From Klebsiella phage KMI7, in the sequence record MN101221.1: 64,000 nucleotides of DNA; one strand, written 5' to 3'. A program made the position numbers and the translations under genes. The notes under the pieces are model-generated. The model was not told the DNA's origin and did not search any database. It saw only the letters and a list, made by a program, of their open reading frames with translations. The stretch's first letter is position 1, and every line of letters begins with the position of its first letter. This document shows, one piece after another, positions 12,429 to 20,579 of this stretch.

Positions 12429-12737
12429 TAGTATAACCCAACGGGGATAATATTCAATAGGTGGAGTAGGGAAACTTACTCCATCTTTTAATAATAATTA
12501 TAATTAATATTAAATTAGATCTTGAATTTATAAATGATTTATGATAAAATTTATTAATTATAATTATTATAGATCAAATAATTTTTGAAATCAAGTAAAA
12601 ATAAATTTGATTTTATAAATTAGATCATGTATAATTATTCTTTTAATAATATAATATATTATATTAGATCAATTTAAATTTGACTACAAATTAATATAGT
12701 ATATTATAGATCAACTGGGTAAATTGGTGAGTATGTT
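12429..12737. promoter_or_regulatory. ORF-free AT-rich spacer with five TAGATC(A) repeats, TATAAAT motifs and a sigma70-like promoter upstream of uvsY
   Basis: no ORF; TAGATC at 12516, 12570, 12621, 12665, 12707; TTGAwTTTATAAAT twice (12529, 12614); TTGACT-16-TATTAT at 12680-12707. Confidence 0.5.
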
Positions 12738-13157
12738 ATGAGTTTGAAATTAGAAGATCTGCAAAATGAACTTGAAAAGGATATGCTGATAGATCCCCTC
12801 AAGTTGCAATCAGAATCAGCGGATATCCCTAAGATTTGGGCTAAATGGCTTCGTTACCATTCAAACGCGAAGAAAAAACTGATCCAACTTCATGCGAAAA
12901 AAGAAGCTGATGTTAAGGATCGCATGTTGTACTACACCGGAAGACATGACAAAGAAATGTGCGAAGTGGTGTATACTGGGACTACTGAAATCAAAATCGC
13001 GATCGCTGGGGATCCGAAGATTGTAGAAACCAACAAACTGATCCAGTATTATGACATGGTGGTAGATTTCACCAGTAAAGCACTGGATATCGTCAAAAAC
13101 AAAGGATACTCTATCAAAAACATGCTGGAGATCCGTAAATTAGAAAGTGGTGCATAA
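12738..13157 (+). CDS. uvsY: recombination mediator protein UvsY
   Basis: 139 aa; clear similarity to T4 UvsY (LEDLQ.EL.KD..ID..KLQ.E.A......W...HS..KK.L....A.K......L.YY.GR.D). Confidence 0.9.
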   Translation: MSLKLEDLQNELEKDMLIDPLKLQSESADIPKIWAKWLRYHSNAKKKLIQLHAKKEADVKDRMLYYTGRHDKEMCEVVYTGTTEIKIAIAGDPKIVETNKLIQYYDMVVDFTSKALDIVKNKGYSIKNMLEIRKLESGA

Positions 13158-13333
13158 TGTCTACTGAAAATGAAAAATGTGTAGTGTGCAAGTGTCCGGT
13201 TCCTTCTACTGGTTATGTGACTGAATCCGGGCGCGTGTGTAGCACTATCTGTGCTGACTACATCGCAGAAAAAACAAAAAGCGGCGAGATCAACGAATCC
13301 GATGATCTGAATGAAGTTCAAATGTTGCTGTAG
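13157..13333 (+). CDS. small Cys-rich protein (58 aa), uvsY.-1 position
   Basis: ATG overlaps uvsY stop (TAATG); CxxC...C..C arrangement suggests a zinc ribbon; below the 60-aa track cutoff. Confidence 0.4.
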   Translation: MSTENEKCVVCKCPVPSTGYVTESGRVCSTICADYIAEKTKSGEINESDDLNEVQMLL

Positions 13334-13343
13334 GAGAATCTTA

Positions 13344-13424
13344 TGATTGGATACGGTGAAGGAATTACAGATCGTGATGAACGTCCAGATCTGTTAGAAT
13401 CTGACGAACATCCTGATTTTTAGG
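13344..13424 (+). CDS. tiny acidic ORF (26 aa), uvsY.-2 position
   Basis: MIGYGEGITDRDERPDLLESDEHPDF; position matches the tiny uvsY-distal ORFs of T4; very uncertain. Confidence 0.2.
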
Positions 13425-13733
13425 ATAGGTAAAACTATGCCATAGGCATGACAAACCGATTATGCGTAATGAATGAGGCTTGTACGGGGTTCTTTGCCTG
13501 GATCCCATAGTTCCCCATTACGGAGGCAAAACGGGCGATGGAGGCAACAAAATCGCGTCCTAAATACATGTGTACCCGAAAGGGGCTTGATAAAAGAATG
13601 CTGGATGATAGGCGTACTCTTTTGCGCCGTCCGATGGAGTTTACCTTCGGCGGGGTGATTGATAATATACCTTCGATCAAGGGCATGTGAATAGAATAGC
13701 CAGAATAGTACAGCACTGGCGTTAAGCAAATGT

Positions 13734-13770
13734 ACAAAAGCCCCTTCCTTTCGGTTGGGGCTTCTTTTTA
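13734..13770. terminator. bidirectional rho-independent terminator between the uvsY operon and uvsW.1
   Basis: AAAAGCCCC-loop-GGGGCTTCTTTTT; A-run on one side and T-run on the other. Confidence 0.75.
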
Positions 13771-14001
13771 GAACTTTTCTTCTTCTCCGCTTTCGAGTTC
13801 GGCCTTTAATTCTTCGGCTCGACCTTTCAGCGCATCACGCATAGAAATATCATCTGATGGTGCAACTTCAACTTCTTTCACGCGATTTTTGTAATATTTT
13901 TCAAGCTCTTTAAGGCCGTCCATAGTACGGCAAGAGGCGACCTTGCTCATGAAATCATCAATAGCCGCCTCATAAAGTCGAAAATCGTTGAAACTCTTCA
14001 T
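13768..14001 (-). CDS. uvsW.1: UvsW.1-like small protein
   Basis: 77 aa acidic helical protein immediately downstream of uvsW, as for the 76-aa T4 UvsW.1. Confidence 0.8.
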   Translation of the reverse strand: MKSFNDFRLYEAAIDDFMSKVASCRTMDGLKELEKYYKNRVKEVEVAPSDDISMRDALKGRAEELKAELESGEEEKF

Positions 14002-14009
14002 TTTAACCT

Positions 14010-15509
14010 CTAAATTTCGATTTGTTTGATCACGTAGTCAAACTTTTCTTCATTGTAAATGCGTACTCGTTCGATTGCGTGTTTCATACCATAGTTTTTG
14101 TATGAATATTTATTTTTAGCATTTTTGGACTTTGCCAGCGTTGCTAAGTTATCAACCAAATCCCAAACAGTAGCAAGAGATTTAGAATCATGTTTACGCA
14201 GTACGCGCCCAATTGACTGTTTGACTATAACAGCAGATTTGCAAGGATGTCCGAAGATGATGTGATGCAGGTTCTTGACAGAAATACCTGTACTCAGTAC
14301 ACCAATAGAACCGATTACGATCAGCCCCTTCGTTGATTCCGCGATCCGTTTCATTTCGTTTCGCTCATCAATCCCCGTTTCCCCAGAAATGTATACAACG
14401 TTGTCATATACCTTTTTGAGTTGCTCATACAGCCATTTACCATGTTTGATTTGATTGAACATCACAAACACGTTTTCATCTTTTTCCCTTGCCAGTTTCA
14501 ACGCCAGCTTACAGATCCATGCGTTACGCCTGGTATGCGATGTTATATACTTGATTTCGCTTTGGTAATCAGCCCCCTTCATTTTCTTAATCTCATCCTC
14601 TTTATATCTCATGAAGATGGTATTAATTCGAAGGTTGGTAACTTGACCTTCCTGCATCAACCGATTTGTATCAACTGGCTTGAAGATTTGACCAAAAGCG
14701 CCAATGTATTGCATCATGTTTGCTTTGCCTTCTTTCAGAGAACCAGAAAGGCCAAACTTGAAAATACACTGATCCATTGTGTTGATGATCTTCTGTATGC
14801 TTTGTCCGGTTGATTTGTGGCATTCATCCACCATCAAACACATGAACTGCTGAAACCACTCAGGAGGCATTTTAACAGCCGATTGCCACGTAGACACGTA
14901 GATCAATGCATTACTGTTTTTAGCAGTTCCTGAACGTATTCCAAGCATTGCCTCGCGAGGTAAAAGGCGATAGTTGACAATATCACCGATCATCTGATCA
15001 ACAAGGGCGGTTGTTGGGACAATGATTAGTACTTTGCCTGTGTAATTTTCCAGACACCAACGAGATATCAACCCCTGAATAAGAGATTTACCCGCTGACG
15101 TTGGGAGGTTAAGCACAGCACGGCGGTTTTTAATCGCATGGAACACCGATTGTTTTTGATACCAATACGGATCAATCTGCTTGTTTCCGTCGTATACTGG
15201 GTGTTCTTCTAACCACTTGTCAAAATCTGGCTGGGTAATTTCTTCTGTTTCGTGGATCTTAGGATCCATCCAGATAGAATACCCGCGAGACTCCGCGAAT
15301 TTTGTTACAAGATAGGCTAAACCGTAGGGCAGTTTCCCGTTATAGTCCATCAAGTATATGTAGCCGTTCCATCCACCATATTTGTATTTTGCCTGGTACT
15401 GATAACCTGGCGGCTGGAAGCTGAAATAGTCGCGCAATTCATAGACTATGTTAGCCTCTGCCTGAATCTGCACATGACTAGTGTTAAGGAATTTGACTTC
15501 GATATCCAC
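14010..15509 (-). CDS. uvsW: UvsW DNA/RNA helicase (SF2, DExH)
   Basis: 499 aa; motifs LNLPTSAGKS (Walker A), MVDECHK (DExH), QSIGRVLRKH (motif VI); collinear with T4 UvsW incl. N-terminus MDI.V.F; apparent GTG start. Confidence 0.9.
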   Translation of the reverse strand: MDIEVKFLNTSHVQIQAEANIVYELRDYFSFQPPGYQYQAKYKYGGWNGYIYLMDYNGKLPYGLAYLVTKFAESRGYSIWMDPKIHETEEITQPDFDKWLEEHPVYDGNKQIDPYWYQKQSVFHAIKNRRAVLNLPTSAGKSLIQGLISRWCLENYTGKVLIIVPTTALVDQMIGDIVNYRLLPREAMLGIRSGTAKNSNALIYVSTWQSAVKMPPEWFQQFMCLMVDECHKSTGQSIQKIINTMDQCIFKFGLSGSLKEGKANMMQYIGAFGQIFKPVDTNRLMQEGQVTNLRINTIFMRYKEDEIKKMKGADYQSEIKYITSHTRRNAWICKLALKLAREKDENVFVMFNQIKHGKWLYEQLKKVYDNVVYISGETGIDERNEMKRIAESTKGLIVIGSIGVLSTGISVKNLHHIIFGHPCKSAVIVKQSIGRVLRKHDSKSLATVWDLVDNLATLAKSKNAKNKYSYKNYGMKHAIERVRIYNEEKFDYVIKQIEI

Positions 15510-15579
15510 TATGTGTATCCTATATACGGTTTATATGAATATTTATAGGCTAAATAATGATAAACATTGGAGAACTACA

Positions 15580-16158
15580 ATGAGTATTGATTACGAAAAG
15601 GTTGAAGGTTTCAAAGCCTTAGAACAAAAAGAAGCCAAATTACAGCTTGCTACCTACGCGCAAGAAACGTTTGATGTCAAACTGAACCGTCAGAAGTCAT
15701 TCGAAAATATGCTTGCTGATCTGGAAGCTGCCGTACCAGAAGAAAAACCAGAACTGTTGATCGACTCCCCTGATCCGGAAATTGTTACATACGAAGGTGA
15801 ACCATCCGTTCCTGATGTTGCTCCGGAAATTGCCGACCAGATTGAAATTGTTCCCGACGCTCTACAAGCTCCTGTAAGCGATTCTGAGACGGTTTCTGAT
15901 GAACTGGCATGGATGGAAGGGTTTACCCCGTCTATCATCATGATGGGCCGCTCTGTTTCGAATACTGGCTTTTATACGTGTCCGTATTGGATCTATGATT
16001 GGATGAAACAAAATCCGGATTGGTACAAGCATCCTGATGGTTGCCCTCATTATTCAGCGCGTCAAACCCTCAAATCGCTGGCATGGTACATGCACCGTGA
16101 TGGGATGGTTACTGTACGCGAAACCAGAAATAGCCAGTTCGACACGTTCAAAAAATAA
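15580..16158 (+). CDS. hypothetical protein (192 aa)
   Basis: track ORF trimmed to ATG with GGAGAACTACA SD; acidic Pro-rich middle, Cys/Trp-rich C-terminus; no family recognised. Confidence 0.5.
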   Translation: MSIDYEKVEGFKALEQKEAKLQLATYAQETFDVKLNRQKSFENMLADLEAAVPEEKPELLIDSPDPEIVTYEGEPSVPDVAPEIADQIEIVPDALQAPVSDSETVSDELAWMEGFTPSIIMMGRSVSNTGFYTCPYWIYDWMKQNPDWYKHPDGCPHYSARQTLKSLAWYMHRDGMVTVRETRNSQFDTFKK

Positions 16159-16173
16159 TTTTAAAAAGTAGTT

Positions 16174-16201
16174 GACCTTACCCTGCTGTTCGAGTATATT
16201 T
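16174..16201 (+). promoter_or_regulatory. sigma70-type early promoter TTGACC-16-TATATT
   Basis: near-consensus -35 and -10, about 50 nt upstream of ORF 16251. Confidence 0.55.
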
Positions 16202-16250
16202 GTATTCGAAGGCGGGGGAATGGCTCTCGCAGTGAAGAAGGAAATACAAA

Positions 16251-16562
16251 ATGAACATGATGAAAAATGCTTACTACCCAGTTCTGTTTGTTTGGACTAA
16301 TGGTGAAGTTAAGAAAATCGTCAATTCTAAAGCTCCTTATTACACTGTAGGTGAAGCACTTCGCCACGCTGCGGAAGCAAATTATCCTGTTCATGCTGAA
16401 CCTGGTTATGCTCGTTGGAACGGTTCTAAATGGGTTGCTGATACCTGGGACAACTACGAAGAAGAAAGAATGGAGTGTGATCCTGATTACGTATCTCGTC
16501 AAATGGAAGCTCATATGATTGCAGATCGTAGACTGGATAATGAAGCTCGCGGATTCTATTGA
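16251..16562 (+). CDS. hypothetical protein (103 aa)
   Basis: AAGGAAATACAAA SD; followed by strong terminator. Confidence 0.5.
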   Translation: MNMMKNAYYPVLFVWTNGEVKKIVNSKAPYYTVGEALRHAAEANYPVHAEPGYARWNGSKWVADTWDNYEEERMECDPDYVSRQMEAHMIADRRLDNEARGFY

Positions 16563-16566
16563 TTAA

Positions 16567-16592
16567 CAAGGGGCTACGGCCCCTTTTCTTTT
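16567..16592 (+). terminator. rho-independent terminator AAGGGGC-TAC-GGCCCCTTTTCTTTT
   Basis: 7-bp GC stem plus T-run. Confidence 0.8.
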
Positions 16593-16601
16593 AGGTGAAA
16601 T

Positions 16602-17171
16602 ATGAACTTAAATCACGAATGTTTAAAAGATTTGAGCGATGGTAACGAGATTGGTAACGTTATTTTTCTTGATATCGATGGCGTTCTAAATAATATGCGG
16701 TGCATGAAATTTGGTGAACATATGGACATCGAATGCGCACGACATTTACGCCGGATAGTGAATCACGCTAATTGTGATATCGTCATTTCCTCTACGTGGA
16801 GAATCGGCAACAGTACCCATAATCTACGTGAAATATTTTATCCGTGGGGATTGTATCGGATCATTGGTAAAACTTGCACTAACTTCCCTCATAGCACTGG
16901 AATGCGTGGTGATGAAATCAAGGCATGGATCGATACTTTCGGATGTAAAAACTATCTCATTCTTGATGATGACACCGATATGCTTTCTTCACAAAAAGAA
17001 CATTTTATTAAAACTGATGGGTTCGTTGGGTTGACCGAAGAACAATCCACTTATGCGATCCGTAACATTTTCGGGGTTACTACTCCTTTTTGTCCTGAAT
17101 GCAATGGGTATGGACGTGTTAACGGCTACGACAAATGCGGAACGTGTAACGGTAAAATACTCCGGCTATAA
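16602..17171 (+). CDS. HAD-superfamily phosphatase-like protein with C-terminal DnaJ-type CxxCxGxG zinc finger
   Basis: N-terminal FLDIDGVLNN (HAD motif I); C-terminus CPECNGYGRVNGYDKCGTCNGK (two CxxCxGxG units). Confidence 0.55.
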   Translation: MNLNHECLKDLSDGNEIGNVIFLDIDGVLNNMRCMKFGEHMDIECARHLRRIVNHANCDIVISSTWRIGNSTHNLREIFYPWGLYRIIGKTCTNFPHSTGMRGDEIKAWIDTFGCKNYLILDDDTDMLSSQKEHFIKTDGFVGLTEEQSTYAIRNIFGVTTPFCPECNGYGRVNGYDKCGTCNGKILRL

Positions 17172-17174
17172 ATA
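17167..17174 (+). promoter_or_regulatory. late promoter TATAAATA upstream of hoc
   Basis: GGCTATAAATAC, 25 nt upstream of hoc ATG. Confidence 0.6.
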
Positions 17175-17199
17175 CCAATAAACATAAGAGGTTAAATTT

Positions 17200-18261
17200 A
17201 TGGCAATTCCTTCTGTAACAATTAGCGCCAACAAAAACGAACTTTTGATTGGCGAAACTTTGACCTTAGAGGTTGAAACTACTGAATTAGATCCGGGTGA
17301 TGTGTTTCTGGCCTATCGTTGGCAAAAAGATGGTGTAGATATTCCAGACGCAACCGCCGATACTTACACAACTACGGTTGACGGTACAACTGCTGGCGAT
17401 TATACCCTGATCTTAAAACACGGTGCTGATGAAGAATCAGCAACAGAAACCACGTCTGATACAATCACCGTGACCACTTATCCGGTAATCGCATTTGGTA
17501 CTGATTTACCTGCAACAAAATCTGTTGTTACTGGTAAAGAACTTACCCTGACTGTTGCGGTAACTGGCGGTAAATCCCCGTATACCTATGTATGGAAACG
17601 TGGTTCTACTGTTGTTAGTGGTGATTCTGCAACCTTAACAATTAGCGCGGCTGCAAGTGGTGATGCAGGTTCATATACGGTAGAAGTGACGGATTCACTG
17701 GGTAACAGAAAAACTTCTAGTGCTTGTGCTGTTAGCGTTACGCCTGCTCTTGCGTTTGATAAAAATCTAAGCCCGACCGCTTCCGTAACACAGGATTCTG
17801 CATTGATCCTTAGTGTAACTGTATTGGGTGGTACTTCTCCTTATTCTTATGCATGGACTAAGGATGATTCTCCGGTTGGAGACGATGCGGATACTCTTAC
17901 AGTGGCAAGTGCGGCTCTGGATGATGCAGGTTCGTATAAAGTTGTAGTCACTGACGCGAATTCAGATACCATCACATCAACTGTATGTGTCGTAACTGTT
18001 AATCAAAATTCTGATGATCTCGTTTCTAAATGGACGGTTCACCCGATTCCGTGGCGTGATACCAGCTTTACCCCGATCGGTTATTGGGTACTTGATGAAA
18101 TTCTGTATCAGAAAGCACAGGGTAAAGATTGGAAAACTGATTATGCTGATTACAAGTATAGTGAGGAAGTACAAACGATCCTGAAAGCGTTCATGGAAAA
18201 TGGTGAATGTGAGATCCAGGATTCACGAAACGGCTATATTCATAAAATGAGTGAAATCTAA
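17200..18261 (+). CDS. hoc: Hoc, highly immunogenic outer capsid protein (Ig-like repeats + capsid-binding domain)
   Basis: tandem Ig-like repeats (YRWQKDGVDI / YVWKRGSTVV / YAWTKDDSPV); C-terminus matches T4 Hoc capsid-binding domain (HP.P.R...Y.W...V.DEI.....GKDWKTD...KY....ESRNGYI). Confidence 0.85.
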   Translation: MAIPSVTISANKNELLIGETLTLEVETTELDPGDVFLAYRWQKDGVDIPDATADTYTTTVDGTTAGDYTLILKHGADEESATETTSDTITVTTYPVIAFGTDLPATKSVVTGKELTLTVAVTGGKSPYTYVWKRGSTVVSGDSATLTISAAASGDAGSYTVEVTDSLGNRKTSSACAVSVTPALAFDKNLSPTASVTQDSALILSVTVLGGTSPYSYAWTKDDSPVGDDADTLTVASAALDDAGSYKVVVTDANSDTITSTVCVVTVNQNSDDLVSKWTVHPIPWRDTSFTPIGYWVLDEILYQKAQGKDWKTDYADYKYSEEVQTILKAFMENGECEIQDSRNGYIHKMSEI

Positions 18262-18271
18262 GAGGCTTTAA

Positions 18272-18547
18272 ATGGCAACTGAAAAATGGACTACGGTTCA
18301 TCCTATTCCGTGGAGAAATACCAGTTTTACATATCTTCCATACTGGCTATACGATATTATCGTTGATGCTTTTGAGAAAGGCGACGACTGGCGCGATTAT
18401 GCGGAAGAAAAATATAAATTAGAGTTTGATACTCTGAAAGAGGCGTTTGAAGATTATGGTGATATTCATGTAATCGAATCTCGTAATGGTAAACTGGTTA
18501 GTCTGTTGTCATTGACTCCTGCTCCTGAACCAGATCCTGACCAATAA
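18272..18547 (+). CDS. free-standing paralog of the Hoc C-terminal capsid-binding domain (91 aa)
   Basis: KWTTVHPIPWRNTSFTYLPYW...GDDWRDYAEEKYK...ESRNGKL parallels Hoc residues ~275-350. Confidence 0.65.
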   Translation: MATEKWTTVHPIPWRNTSFTYLPYWLYDIIVDAFEKGDDWRDYAEEKYKLEFDTLKEAFEDYGDIHVIESRNGKLVSLLSLTPAPEPDPDQ

Positions 18548-18560
18548 AATAAGGCAAACA

Positions 18561-19079
18561 ATGAATACACTTCTTTTTGATTTCGACGACACTTTAGCAG
18601 AATTTTCTCAGGCTTTTTATGATAAGTTCGGTGTACGTCCGGAAGGAACGCCAAAAGAACGATATGACGAAATGGCGGCTTCTTTGGTGCGTACTGATTT
18701 TTATAAAAACCTTCCCCGTATTCAGGCTGGGATTGACCTCCTTCAATGGAGTTTCCAACGCCGAATCGGTGATCCTGCTACTTTGCTGCTTCGCGCGGAA
18801 GCGGTCAGCCCTCTTTGGGTTATGAAAGAAAAACTGAACTATACAGATAAGATTTGCGCTGAACTGGGGATCTCTCGTCTCGATTTTAGTCGCATTGACT
18901 ATCCGGAACAGTTCGCAGAACACGCCTATCGTGGTGTTCTGATTTCCCGCAACCAGAAACATCTTGAAATCTGGAACAATTCTCATCTAGCTAATAAAGT
19001 TCCTGGTATTTTCCTTGCGGAAACCCTGGAAGAAAATATTCAGCTAGTCACAGAAGCGCTTGCAAAGGCTAATCAATAA
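18561..19079 (+). CDS. HAD-family 5'(3')-deoxyribonucleotidase-like protein
   Basis: LLFDFDDTL (DxDxT) and TDFYKNLPRIQAG motif shared with the convergent paralog. Confidence 0.6.
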   Translation: MNTLLFDFDDTLAEFSQAFYDKFGVRPEGTPKERYDEMAASLVRTDFYKNLPRIQAGIDLLQWSFQRRIGDPATLLLRAEAVSPLWVMKEKLNYTDKICAELGISRLDFSRIDYPEQFAEHAYRGVLISRNQKHLEIWNNSHLANKVPGIFLAETLEENIQLVTEALAKANQ

Positions 19080-19080
19080 C

Positions 19081-19111
19081 AAAAAAGGGAACCGCAATGG
19101 TTCCCTTTCTT
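19081..19111. terminator. bidirectional terminator GGGAACCGCAATGGTTCCC flanked by A-run/T-run
   Basis: 8-bp stem between two convergent genes. Confidence 0.75.
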
Positions 19112-19576
19112 TTACAATCTTTTTAATTCATCAAGCGCTGTTTTCTTATCACCAACAAAGAGGATCGCTTTACCTCCTGCTTTTCTGAAAGGCAACACCG
19201 CTTTTGCCCGATCGTCAAACAGGATTCCTTTACCAGCGAATGCTGCTTTTTCATGGCTACTTTTAACGTAGTGGAATTCCGGAACGTAACCCAATACTTT
19301 TTGTAATGCTTTACGTTTTTGTTCGGCAACACCGTCAGAATTGAATTTACCGACACTGGTTAGTATTGCTACATCACCAAGTGTTCTTAAATGATGGAAT
19401 AATTCAAATCCTTCTTTGATTGGTTCCAGATTTTCGTAGAAATCAGTTTTGGCAATTTTTGCTTTGCACTTTTTCAACTCATCTTCTGTCATCATCGAGG
19501 GTTCGCCATACATCGGCACAAATGAACCTTCCCAGTCGAACAATACACCATCCATATCAAAGAAAAACTTATTCAT
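19112..19576 (-). CDS. 5'(3')-deoxyribonucleotidase (NT5C family, HAD)
   Basis: FFDMDGVLFDWEGSF and TDFYENLEP closely match the NT5C signature (VDMDGVLADFEGGF / FFF.LEP). Confidence 0.7.
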   Translation of the reverse strand: MNKFFFDMDGVLFDWEGSFVPMYGEPSMMTEDELKKCKAKIAKTDFYENLEPIKEGFELFHHLRTLGDVAILTSVGKFNSDGVAEQKRKALQKVLGYVPEFHYVKSSHEKAAFAGKGILFDDRAKAVLPFRKAGGKAILFVGDKKTALDELKRL

Positions 19577-19625
19577 ATCAATTCCTCAGTTTGTGTATGC
19601 ATACTATAATGTTTAATCATTAATG

Positions 19626-20465
19626 TCAACCCCAAGTATCAGTTTTCGGTGCGTATGCTGCAACTTTAGCCACAATTTCCTTATCCAGTTCAGCTACCGA
19701 TTTCTGAGGTTTACCACGGGCTTTAACTTTGATGTAGTTTGACTTAACAACAAACATCCCTTTGTTACTTGATTTCTTGATCTCGCTATCAACACCAACT
19801 TTGTTAAAGCTGATCCAAATGTCGCCGTCCATATACTGTTTAAGAGAATCACCCATGTTCAGGATCTTCGCCATAGTAAGGGCCGCGCCTTCGTGGGTAT
19901 CCATGAGAATTTCTTTAGGAACTACACGATCGCGTTTCTGGTTCTGCTGCATAGCAATATGCACATCGTTCATAACCCATACGATATGTACGTTTTCTTT
20001 CTTGTATCCCAGCTTTTCTACATCACGCGCGATGCTTGCCAGCTTGCTCATGCCTTTTAACGTTACGTCAAAGATGAGGTTAGGTTTACGATCTTCTGGT
20101 GCTGCCATAATACCGGAATAAACACGGTTTTGGTTTTTGTTGGAAATGTTGAAAACGTCGGCGATCACATGATGGAGGGTAGATACGTTTTCTGGGTTTT
20201 TGAGGTTCATTGTTTTGACATCATGACCCGTTTGTTTCTTGATCTCTGCTGCGAGTTTATCGCTACCCATTACAAGTTTTTTCAGGGCGTCAACGTCCAG
20301 GGTAATACCTTCGATGCCTAGCAGTTTTTCCAGTGTGAATCCTTTACCGGAACCAGCACCGCCAGCAAGAATAACAACCTGACCGAACTTAGGATAAGCA
20401 CGGCCTCCGAAGGTGATCAGCGCTTCGGTTAAGGTGCTTTCTGTGAATTGTTTAAATGACTTCAT
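19626..20465 (-). CDS. P-loop NTPase, kinase-like (zeta-toxin/PNK-like architecture), substrate unknown
   Basis: Walker A ILAGGAGSGKG; hhhhD segment NLIFDVT; not similar to T4 gp1 or Tk. Confidence 0.45.
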   Translation of the reverse strand: MKSFKQFTESTLTEALITFGGRAYPKFGQVVILAGGAGSGKGFTLEKLLGIEGITLDVDALKKLVMGSDKLAAEIKKQTGHDVKTMNLKNPENVSTLHHVIADVFNISNKNQNRVYSGIMAAPEDRKPNLIFDVTLKGMSKLASIARDVEKLGYKKENVHIVWVMNDVHIAMQQNQKRDRVVPKEILMDTHEGAALTMAKILNMGDSLKQYMDGDIWISFNKVGVDSEIKKSSNKGMFVVKSNYIKVKARGKPQKSVAELDKEIVAKVAAYAPKTDTWG

Positions 20466-20579
20466 GTAAAATTCTCCAGTTTATTTTCTATTATTTATTG
20501 ACACGCTTTCTGACAGTGGTGTATGGTTATGGTGTTCGACGGATAGGCCGGAAGAACTTTAAACCATAAGGTATACGAT

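Noticed and set aside
13435-13737. Three overlapping track ORFs (100, 89 and 61 aa) in the region after the uvsY operon
   Set aside because: Translations are compositionally implausible, mutually overlapping on both strands, and lack SD sequences. The segment is treated as non-coding and flagged as a finding instead.
16161-16514. 117-aa leftward ORF overlapping the promoter and coding region of ORF 16251
   Set aside because: Overlaps a rightward gene that has a good promoter, SD and terminator. No initiation signals of its own.
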